Positions 35,481 through 46,886 of a stretch of DNA of 64,000 nucleotides are shown in pieces. The position numbers were made by a program, and so were the translations under genes. Position 1 is the stretch's first letter. Every line of letters starts with the position of its first letter. Location: assembly GCF_006345805.1 (NCBI RefSeq), contig NC_042999.1, positions 13,640,001 to 13,704,000 of the forward strand, read 5' to 3'. The notes beneath the pieces are model-generated. The model was not told the origin of the DNA. It ran no database searches and worked only from the letters and a program-made list of their open reading frames with translations. The DNA comes from Octopus sinensis. Taxonomy: Eukaryota.

Positions 35481-37454
35481 ATTTACTGTGCTGGAGAAGA
35501 TTTGTCCATTTAAGCAAAAACAAGGCCCTAAAAGCCTATCATATTTGTCTATGCCCCTTCATCCTATCTGTTCTTGGTGAATCTTTCCCCACCAATCCTT
35601 TCATCACTCTCCTGACTACTGCACTAATTTAACAAATTTATTATGGTAGCTTTGACTTTAAGAGTCCCTAATAGTGCAAGGTATTTTACATGTAGTGATG
35701 TCCTTAATATAAATAAATATATATTTAAAGGGAATACTTATAAATTTTTCCCTTATGAGGTTTTCATGCTGACTACTTGATAAATTCATATAAAGATTTA
35801 ATCCTATTTTAAACATAATATACATATATAAATATATATGGTGGTTGTCTACTCCTTATACAAAGTTTGACCACCTCCTGTACCTACACCATAGAACCAT
35901 CATGGCATCTGATGTGGCTTTTTAAATGAGACAATGTTCTGAAAAGACACCCACATACATTGCATATCTGATTTGGACCACCAAGAGCTGCGGATAATTT
36001 CTGATCTTTGTGGATCTGAAAATGTCTTTTGAGGCCTCCGTTAGATTTGCAAACCGTCTGGCATACTTTGCATTCAAAGGTATGCAGAGATATATAGGCA
36101 GAATAGTTGGGGGATATTCATTTTCCATGGGTTCACAAATGAGATTTGAGCCCAGCAAACACATGCACATACACATATATACATTATTTATACACATGCA
36201 CAACCAAATTCGATGACTGGCACCTGTGCCAGTGGAGCGCTAACAGCTCCATCAGAGCGGGATCACTGCCAGAGCAGCTCTCTGGCTTCCATGCCAGTGG
36301 CATGTAAAAAGCACCATTTGAGCGTGATCATTACCAGCGTTGCCTTACTGGCACTTGTGCTGGTGGCACGTGAACAAAACATTCGAGCGAGGTCATTGCC
36401 AGTGCTGCCAGACTGGCCCTCGTGCCGATGGCACATAAAAGCACCCACTACACTCTCGGGGTGGTTGGCATTAGGAAGGGCATCCAGCTGTAGAAACTCT
36501 GCCAGATCAGGTTGGAGCCTGGCATAGCCATCTGGTTCGCCAGCCCTCAGTCAAATCTTCCAACCCATGCTAGCATGGAAAGCAGACATTAAACACTGAT
36601 GATACACACACACACAGACTAATCATTAACACATGAGAAAATAACAATGCAGTTAATGAACCAATCAACTCAAGTAAATTATCAACAACAAGAGACTAAT
36701 GTATGCAATTCAAACACAGATGATCTCATCTGTCACAAAAAAAAAAAAAAATGAAAAACAAACCAACATTGCACAGAATGAAAAAAAAAAAAAACGTTGG
36801 TTCAAAATTACCAATCACAAAAGAATTAGAAGCGCTAATGAAGCAATTCAGGAAAACTTACAGCATGCCGAAAACAACCTAAATATTTAGCTAATATATC
36901 ACAAGAATATTTCGTTTTGGGATTTGGTTTGCAAGATTCTTTATATGAGTTTGTGTGTTGAAACATATTCTGTTGTGTCTGGGGAGAGTCATTCTCTTTT
37001 AGTGCCTTATTATTTAACACACTCACTGGTAAAATTTCCACTTTTTTCTTATTTTCATTTTCCTAAAATTTTCGTTGCGTCTTGCAACCTTTTCAATAGT
37101 CTTGACTATTGAGATCACTCTGTCAAATGTAATCCTATTTATACACTTTGTTCTTCGAATCATCATCATCATCGTTTAACGTCCGCTTTCCATGCTAGCA
37201 TGGGTTGGACGATTTGACTGAGGACTGGCAAACCTGATGGTTGCACCACACTCCAATCTGATCTGGCAGAGTTTCTACAGCTGGATGCCCTTCCTAACGC
37301 CAACCACTCCGAGAGTGTAGTGGGTGCTTTTACGTGCCACCAGTACGAGGGCCAGTCAGGCAGTACTGGCAACAGCCACACTCAAATGGTGCTTTTTATG
37401 TGCCACCTGCACAGGAGCCAGTCCAGTGGCACTGGCAACGACCTTGCTCATTAA

Positions 37455-37674
37455 CCCTTTCGTTACCAACCCGGCTGAAACCGGCTCTGGCTCTGAGTAC
37501 AAATGTCTTGTTTTCATGAGTTTTGAATTAAAATCTTCCACCAAACCTTAGTCACCATTTATGTTCCTAACACTAGCTGAATGATAACTAAGTTATTTTA
37601 CTAAATTCTTTGTTATATTTAAAGTAATTCAAAGAAACACAGAGCATCTCAAAATAAATACAGTAACGAAAGGG
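37455..37674. mobile_element. piggyBac-like MITE, second subfamily (CCCTTTCGTTAC termini)
   Basis: TTAA CCCTTTCGTTAC...GTAACGAAGGG TTAA. An oppositely oriented copy at about 60499-61070 is split by a family C insertion. Confidence 0.75.
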
Positions 37675-38128
37675 TTAATCATAAATTATTTTGTAGCTGA
37701 GATTTTGATGATGTAATTGTTTATTTGTAGAATGACATGGTAGGATTAGTGTGAAAGGCAAGATCTGGCCAGTTTGAATGTAAAACTGGATATGGCCGGT
37801 TTAAATGCTAAAGGGTTAAGCAGACAAATCATGTTTGTATTTACATTGAAATGTTAAGATGTACACAGTGATGTTATTATTTCAAAACAACAACAAAAAA
37901 AGAAACAAAATGAAAACAAAATTAAAAAAAACGTAAATATATAATAAACCATTCCATGGAAGAAAACACATTATGACAACGAAGGAGGAGAAAAAAAATA
38001 CAAAGATTCTGAGATTCTATTACATTATACATTTTCAAAGTAACAAACTAAATCATGATAGGAAAAGATACGAGAGAAATAAGAGAGAGAGAGAGAGATA
38101 GGAACAGAGACACAAAGAAAAACTGAAG

Positions 38129-38440
38129 TTGTGTGTGTGTGTGTGTGTGGTGTTTGTGTTTGTGTGTGTGTGTGTATGTTTGTGTGTGTGTATGTGTTTG
38201 TGTGTGTGTTTGTGTGTGTGTGTGTGTTTGTGTGTTTGTGTGTGTGTGTGTTGTGTGTGTGTTTCTGTGTGTGTGTGTTTGTGTGTGTGTATGTGTTTGT
38301 GTGTGTTGTGTGTGTTTGTGTGTGTGTGTGTTTGTGTGTGGGTATGTTTATGTGTATTTGTGTGTGTGTGTGTGTGTGTGTTTGTGTGTGTGTTTGTGTG
38401 TGTGTATGTGTGTGTATGTGTTTGTGTGTGTGTGTGAGTG
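38129..38440. repeat. (GT)n-rich compound microsatellite
   Basis: GT dinucleotide with TT and TA interruptions. Confidence 0.95.
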
Positions 38441-40587
38441 TGCAACGCAGAAACCTAAAGTGTAAGAATTACTACAACAGCAGGGACAAGAATTTGCAGA
38501 TTGCTTTCAGAGATTTGATAAAGACAAGCATGGTTGTGCGATTATGAAGTTTGCTTAGCGTCCAAATGGTTCCGGGTTCAGTACCATTGAGTGGCACGTT
38601 GGGCAACAGTCTTTTACTTACAGCCCCAGACAGACCAAAGCCTTGCGAGTGAATCTGGTAGATGGAAACTGTGTGGAAGCCTTTTATGTGTTTGTGTGCA
38701 TGTGTGTTTCAGTTTTCAACTTTTACTTATTTCATTCATTAGACTGTAGCCATGCTGGAGTACTGCTTTGAAGAATTTTAATCGTGTTAATCAACCGACC
38801 CCCCCCCCACTGTACTTACTTATTTAAAGCCTGTTATTTATTCTATCAGTCTCTTTTGCTGAATTGCTATGTTATGGGGATGTAAACACACCAACACTAT
38901 TGTTAAGGGGCAGTTGAGGACAGACAGACAGACAGACACATACAAAGAGAGAGAGAGAAAAACACAAATGATGGGCTTCTTTCAGCTTCCTTATTTCTTT
39001 ATTGCCCACAGGGGGCTAAACATAGAGGGGACAAACAAGGACAGACAAAGGGATTAAGTCAATTATTTCAACCCCAGTGAGTAACTGGTACTTAACTTAT
39101 CAACCCTGAAAGGATGAAAGGCAAAGTCAACCTCGGCGGGATTTGAACTCAGAATGTAGCAGCAGATGAAATACCTATTTCTTTACTACCCACAAGGGGT
39201 TAAACACAGAGGAGACGGACAAGGACAGACAGGTGGGTTAAGTTGATTATATCGACTCCAGTGTGTAACTGGTACTTATTTTATCGACACCCGAAAGGAT
39301 GAAAGGCAAAGTTGATCTCGGCGGAATATGAACTCAGAATGTAACGGCAGACGAAATACAGCTACGCATTTCGGTCGGCGTGCTAACATTTCTGCCAGCT
39401 CGCTGCCTTGTTTCAGTTTCCATCTACCAAAGTACAGAGTGTAGGGGACTAGGTACTTTTCTGTGGAACCAGCACTAATGAGATTGCCATGCAGCTACTG
39501 AAACTAAGATTGTCTTCAATTGAGAGAGGCTACAGTAAATAGAGAGATGGCTTTATGCCAAAAGATGAGAAGTTAAAGTAGGAAAGGTTGTTGCCAGTGC
39601 CGCTGGACTGGCTCCTGTGGCACGTAAAAAACACCTTTTGAGCATGGCCGTTGCCGGTACTACCTAACTGGCACGTAAAAAACACCTTTTGAGCATGGTC
39701 ATTGCCAGTACCACCTAACTGGCCCCCGTGCCGGTGGCACGTAAAAGGCACCATTCGAACGAGGTCGTTGCCAGTGCCACTGGACTGGCTCCTGTGGCAC
39801 ATGAAAAAAACTCCTTTTGAGCATGGCTGTTGCCAATACTACCTAACTGGCACCCCCGTGATGGTGGCACGTAAAAAGCACCCACTACACTCTCAGAGTG
39901 GTTGGCGTTAGGAAGGGCATCCAGCTGTAGAAACTCTGCCAGATCAAGACTGGAACCTGGTGCAGCTATCTGGTTTGCCAGTCCTCAGTCAAATCGTCCA
40001 ACCCATGCTAGCATGGAAAGCGGACATTAAATGATGATGATGATGATGATGATGACTTGGTGTATGGTATCGTGCTCCACAATAACTGATGACGATAAAC
40101 AACTTCAGCATATCGCCAGATCTAGAATAAATGTAGTTAGATGGCAATTACATATATATTTGCAACGGTTTTCCTAAAGCTGACGACAATTATTTCTTTG
40201 AATCCAGCTTGTAATTCTACCATGTTTGATTCCTTATTGAATTACTGAGCCGTAAAATTCTCTGCTTGAATTCTTGAATTGCAACTATCTAAATACACTA
40301 TCATCTTTCTCGTGTCTGTCGTGTTTGGAAAGAGAATTGGTTTGCTTCACTCAACTAGCTATATTATGGGTAACAATCAATTGATATTTAAGTACTTGGA
40401 AACAACACCTACACACAATTTTAAACAGAATCCGTTTCTAATAGTTCTGCTAGTTATTGAAACCTTAAAATGTTTTAGTTTCTCCAAAGTGCATGGCTTG
40501 TATTAACTTTCAGTAATAAATTTGTATATCTTTTTACATTCTAAGTCCCTTCCTGTGTATTGTTCGGTCCTATTACTTTCAGTTCTG

Positions 40588-40832
40588 ATAGTGGTGGTAA
40601 TAGTGGTGGTAGTGGTGGTGGTGGTGGTAGTAGTAGTAGTAGTAATAATAGTAGTAGTAGTAATGGTAGTGGTGGTGGTGGTGGTGGTGGTGGTGGTGGC
40701 AGTGGTGGTGGTAGTAGTAGTAGTAGTGGTGGTGGTGGTGGTGGTAGTGGTGGTGGTGGTGGTGGTGGTGGTAGTAGTAGTGGTGGTGGTGGTAGTAGTA
40801 GTAGTAGCAGTAGTGGTTGTGGTGGTGTTAGT
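40588..40832. repeat. (GGT)n/(AGT)n compound trinucleotide tract
   Basis: About 245 bp of alternating GGT and AGT blocks. It is the source of the poly-V, poly-P and Gly/Ser ORFs. Confidence 0.97.
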
Positions 40833-40885
40833 ATATGAAAGATGGGGAGATGTGGTGATGGTGATTGCAAAGTATGTATATATAT

Positions 40886-40917
<32 letters not shown>

Positions 40918-40959
40918 ACAGTGGTGGTGGTGGTCTCTGTGTGTGAAGGTATATAACAG

Positions 40960-40991
<32 letters not shown>

Positions 40992-42073
40992 ATGAGTGTG
41001 CGCATGTCTGAGCATGTGTGTCTGTGTGAAAGTATAGAACAAGTATGTGTGTGACGACATGTGGCCAAGTGTGTTCTTAAGCAAAACACTTCACTTCCCA
41101 TCGCTCCGTGGCTCTGTGATTACTTTGACAAACAACATGTTAGCACATTATACATTCATACAGACGATATCAATTTGATGGGGGGGAGGGGGGAGCTAAT
41201 GCCAGGTAAAAACATTTGATCACTATAAACGAATTATCTGTGCAAGAAATTGTGGGACTCCATAGAACAGTGGTTGTCAGTCTTTTCTTAATATTCAAGC
41301 CAGACCCAAGCCTAGATTTTTTGGTGGGGGCGGGGAGCCACACAAAAGATGGCCGGTGGCACGTAAAAAGCACCAACCAATCGTGGCCGTTGCCAGCCTA
41401 CCCTGGCACCTAAAAAAAGCACCATCTGTACGTGGCCGATGCCAGCGCCGCTTGACTGGCTTCCATGCCGGTGGCACATAAAAGGCACCACCAATCGTGG
41501 CCGTTGCCAGCCTACCCTGGCACCTAAAAAAAGCACCATCTGTATGTGGCCGATGCCAGCGCCGCCTTGACTGGCTTCCATGCCGGTGGCACATAAAAGG
41601 CACCAACCAATCGTGGCCGTTGCCAGCCTACCCTGGCACCTGTGCCAGTGGCGCATAAAAAGCACCCACTACACTCATGGAGTGGTTGGCGTTAGGAAGG
41701 GCATCCAGCTGTAGAAACACTGCCAGATCAGACTAGAGCTTGGTGCAGCCTCCTGTCTTCCCAGACCCCGGTCGAACCGTCCAACCCATGCTAGCATGGA
41801 AAACGGATGTTAAACAATGATGATGATGATGTCAAAGAAAAATTATAATATTTATAAAGGGAAGACCATCAAGGGCCATTGGAAGGATGCTTGATGGCCA
41901 CATGCAACCCTGCAAAACTGTGGTTGAAAACCACTGCTCCACCAGGATGAACCCAAATTGTAAAGAGATGTAAATAGCACAAGGTACTTTGTTCAAACTC
42001 TCTCCTTTCTCTTATGAGCAAGTTGGTAATTATGATAACAATGAACAAAATAATGGTCAGCATTTATACTTAC

Positions 42074-42135
42074 TCTTCCTGGTTGTTCTTGTCCACATCT
42101 GTGGCATGAAGTTCAAAGACATCAGAAAAAATACC
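42074..42135 (-). CDS. PDE11: PDE11-like phosphodiesterase, internal coding exon (GAF-B), 62 nt
   Basis: tttctttatttctag|GGT...GAA GA|gtaagt. Translates GIFSDVFELHATDVDKNNQE plus GA, which joins the G of the next exon (phase 2). Found by reading; it is not in the ORF track. Confidence 0.85.
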
Positions 42136-42289
42136 CTAGAAATAAAGAAAGGAATTGGTATGAGAAAGCTGAGAAAGAAAACAAAATTCAAAGACAAATC
42201 AAAAAAGAAAAACAAAAGGGGGAAATATTATATTTTTAAATGGTGAGGTTTGTGTGTTGTGTGTGTGTGAATATGTGAGGGCTGAGGCA

Positions 42290-42459
42290 GTTTGGCCAAA
42301 TGGCTTATAAATTCAAAGTCACAGGAATGGGACAGATTCATTCGATCCTGAAAAGAGGAGAGGTTGGAATAAAAGCCAAACTTGTCATCTTCAATTTGAT
42401 TATTGAGCCAATCCTTATGTATGGTCATGAATGCTGGACAATGACCGATAGATAGATGA

Positions 42460-42512
<53 letters not shown>

Positions 42513-43345
42513 GTACAAATCTTTAAGAAAATAAACGTAAATACTGGTGTGAATTTCTTTGCCTTCAAGGTGATACCCCATCGTAGCTGCATCCCACTGA
42601 CTGAGACAAGTGAAGGATAAAGATAAACTGCGGACACTGGGGCTCCACCATGAAAGGTGTTAGTTGAGCAAATCAATCCCAGGACTTATTCCTTTAAGTC
42701 TAGTACTGATTTTATCGGTCTTTTTTGCTGAATCGCTAAGTTACGGGGACATAAACACACCGAGTGGGGGGGATAAACACACACACACACACACACATAG
42801 ATATATAGAGCAGTCGTTTTTATGTTTCCATCTACCAAATCCACTCACAAGGCTTTGGTCAGTCTGAGGCTACAGTAGAAGACACTTAACCAAGGTGCCA
42901 GGTAGTGGGAATGAACCTGGAACCTCGTCATCGATGCTGGACAGTGACTGACAGAGTATGATCATGAATACAAGTGGCTCAAAAGAGCTTCCTCCAAAGG
43001 ACCTCTGGAGTAACGTTACTCAACAGGGTGCACAGCTCAGAGAACAGGGAGTCTCTCCAGGTCAAGCCACTACTTCTCCACACTGAAGGGTCACAAGTCT
43101 GGTGTGATAGACGTGATTAGAATATCATGGAAAAGAATGCAAGGCAGATTCTTGCTGGGTCAACTGGCAGCGGACCCAGAGGGGGACAAAAACCAGAGGG
43201 TTGGATAATATCCATAGTTATCAGTTGGTCATACTTAGGAATCCAGCCAGAAAGCATGACAGTTGCTTCTGCTAGGACCCTATGGCGGATGTACATGAGG
43301 GCTCTACCTCCAGGACCCTCACAAAAATAGCATCATCATCATCAT
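42290..43345 (+). mobile_element. RTE-clade LINE 3' region in two pieces, separated by (GATA)n and a family A SINE
   Basis: 42290-42450 gives KAKLVIFNLIIEPILMYGHECWTMT. 42925-43330 gives AQKSFLQRTSGVTLLNRVHSSENRESLQVKPLLL...ARQIL...GPRG...WSYLGIQPE...WR...LPPGPSQK* and ends in (CAT)n. Confidence 0.8.
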
Positions 43346-45623
43346 CATAATACTTATCGTTTAACATCCGCCTTCCATGCTAGCATGGGTAGGACAATTT
43401 TGACTGAGGGCTGGCAAACCAGACGGCCGCACCAGGCTCCAATCTTGATCTGGCAGAGTTTCCACAGCTGGATGCCCTTCCTAACGCCAACCACTCTGAG
43501 TGTAGTGGGTGCTTTTTATGTGCCAGTCAGGCGGTACTGGCAATGACCACGCTCAAATCTTTTTACATATGCCACTGGCACAAGTGCCAGTGAAGCGATG
43601 CTAGTAACGATCACGCTCGAATGGTGCCCTTTTACGTGCCATGGCATGGGGGCCAGTTGGCTGCTCTGGCAACGAGCAGACTGAGAAAATGGATAGAGGC
43701 ATTGGTTTTCCTTTTTCTATGCATACAGCACCTTATGTGACTACTATCAAGTCTTTTGAGAGGAATGGTGAAGACAAAGTGTGTGAAACCTCTCGATATG
43801 GCCCACATCTATAACTCTTTATCCCAAACTGGTCACAGTAGTAACAGTGACCTAACTTTTTTTCGTTTTCCCTTTTTTTTTTTTTTTGCAGGACTCCCAG
43901 GACAAATGTGGGGAGGTTGTAGGTAGTTTCATCCACCCCACACATGGACACCTGGCTTAAATGGTTACAGTAGAGTGAACTTTGCTGAAGGTATCTGAAG
44001 TGTCAGCTAGTGCTGTTAAATCAAGCAAGGGACTAAGATCTCAGAACAAAAAGGGCTGGAACATAAACTGATCTCCCTCCATAGCCTCTCCATTTGCGAT
44101 CAATCACTGCTTTCCTCCTTTGCTCTCTCTTTCTTTCTCTAGTGTGTCTCACTGCCCCCATCTTAATCCCTCCTTCCTTCAATCGACCCCTTTGGATTTC
44201 TCACCACCCTCACCTATTTCTTTAATGTTCCCTTCCAATCATACTTTTAGCCTACACTCACCCTTATAATATGGGAAAGTATTAGATCTCCCCTACATAA
44301 CCCACTCAGTACCCTTACAACTACCCCTGAAACTAATCCCTTTCTTCTGTCCCTTACACACTCAGTCAATCTCTCTCTCTCTCCTTATAGTGTGAACTCG
44401 GAACGTAACGACAGGCGAAATACAGCTATGCATTTCATCCGGCGTGCTAACGTTTCTGCCAGCTCGCCACCTTATTTGTCTAAGGCAGCAAGCTGGTAGA
44501 AATGTTAGCACATGGGTGAAATGCTTAGTGGTATTGCACCCGTCTTTACATTCTGAGTTCAAATACTGCTGTGGTTGACTTTGTCTTTCATCCTTTCGAG
44601 GTTGATAAATTAAATACCAGTTGCATACTGGGGTCGATCTAATCAACTGGACCCTCCCACAAAATTTCAGGCCTTGTGCCTTGAGTAGAAAAGAATATTT
44701 TAGCCTGTCTTATCATCCCATCCTCTCTCTTCTGTTCATCTTTCAGCCATGAGTCATTCTGACGCTTTAGTCGAGCAAACCGACCCCAGGACTTATTCTT
44801 AGTAAGCCTAGTACTTATTCTATCATTCTCTTTTTGCTGGACATAAACACACCAGCATTGGTTGTCAAGCGATGTTGGGGGGACAAACACAGACACACAT
44901 ATATATGACGGGCTTCTTTCAGTTTCTGTCTACCAAATCCACTCACAAGGCTTTGGTCAGCCCGAGACTATAATAGAAGACACTTGCTCAAGATGCCATG
45001 CAGTGGGACTGAACCCAGAACCATGTAGTTCGTAAGCAAGCTACTTACCACACAGCCACTCCTACACCTACTAAATAAATGTTCCTTCTCGAACCGTGCC
45101 AGGCTCACAAGGGGCAGCTTCCCAGTTTCAGTGGCGTAGAAATTCCCCACCTAGATGGGACGCTGGTCCATCACAGGATTACTCATTTTTGTCAGCTGAG
45201 TGGACTGGAGCAACGTGAAATGAAGTGTTTTGCTCAAGAACACATGGCATCACCCAGTCCAGGAATCGAAACCACAACCTTACAATCATGAGTTCAACAC
45301 TCTAACCACTAAGCCATGCACCTTCACAAGCTTTTTTCATTCTCTCTCTATTTATTTTCTCTTATTCCATTCTGTTGAAAGAGCGTAGGCTTAAAACAAA
45401 AAAGACTTTCTCACTTTCCCAAGCATCAAACTAATACACCTGCTTGTTGTTCATACACCTGTCTTTGTCTCTTGTTTTTCTATGAATTTCAACTATATAT
45501 ATATAAACACACACATACATATAGAAACACATACACACACACATATATTTGAACCCCTGTTATGCTGGAAATTTTATTCCCTAGCAAATAATATATATAT
45601 ATATATACCACTATATATATATA

Positions 45624-45666
<43 letters not shown>

Positions 45667-45683
45667 ATATACCACTATATATA

Positions 45684-45722
<39 letters not shown>

Positions 45723-46837
45723 GTGCATGTGTGTGTATGTCTGTGCATATACACACACACCCACATGAAATTTTACAAAACAAAAATAGGAAGAAAAAAT
45801 GAAGGATAAATCTAATTTAATGAATAGAAACTATACAAGTCAGTCTGCCTCAAAGGAAAAATCATATTCATCATTGATTTTTTTTTTTTTAGCCTTCACT
45901 TATATTGTTTTTATTAAGTGTTTAAAAAATGTTTTTCTCTCATAAACACAAGCAATTATTTCACGAATGCATTCTTTACAAATGTTACAGACATCTTATT
46001 AGTGTTGTCTACAGAGACTACTCCGAGAAGAAGACAAAAAAACAAAAGCCCTTTGCCAGAGATAGATTGCTATATATGACACAAAATTGAAAATAGTAAG
46101 ATTCAGGTCTGAATTCTAAGATCTTAACAGGTTTGTTATTTTGTTGAAATGCACTGCGGTTGTTTCAATTAATTTTGAAGATAAGGAAGAATTTATAAAA
46201 ATAATTTTGTCATTAATAAGCTGGTATTTGAAACATAAATTATCATGAAATTTAGATAGGAACTATTAATTCAGACCAATTTAACTCTTTGTTACAATAT
46301 TTCAGTTGAAATGCACTTAAATTAATTTGGTTCAAATAATTTTGAAAATATGGAAGAGTTTGTTGTAATGCCTTTGTTATTATTAAACTGGTGTTTTGAA
46401 CATGAAATTTTGATAAGTTTTAATTAAGATCATTTTAAAGCAGTAAATTTGCAACATAGGACCAGGGGCGGTTTCAAGCAGGTTGATATCAAAAGGGTTT
46501 ATTAACTAACTTAGCTCTTTGGTAAAACTGACCTCCGCCCATTCCCAATTCTGTATTGTGCTGCTAACCATTTCCTGTATCTACTAAATTTTGAAGACAC
46601 ATGCGCATCATGCAACAACCAACTTTATTGGCTGTATATATATATATATATATATCATCATCATCATCGTTTAACGTCCGTTTTACGCACTAGCATGGGT
46701 TGGACGGTTCAACCGGGGTCTGGGAAGCCAGGGGCTGCACCAGGCTCCAGTCTGATCTGGCATAGTTTCTACAGCTGGATGCCCTTCCTAACGCCAACCA
46801 CTCCGCGAGTGTAGTGGGTGCTTTTTACATGCCACCT

Positions 46838-46886
<49 letters not shown>

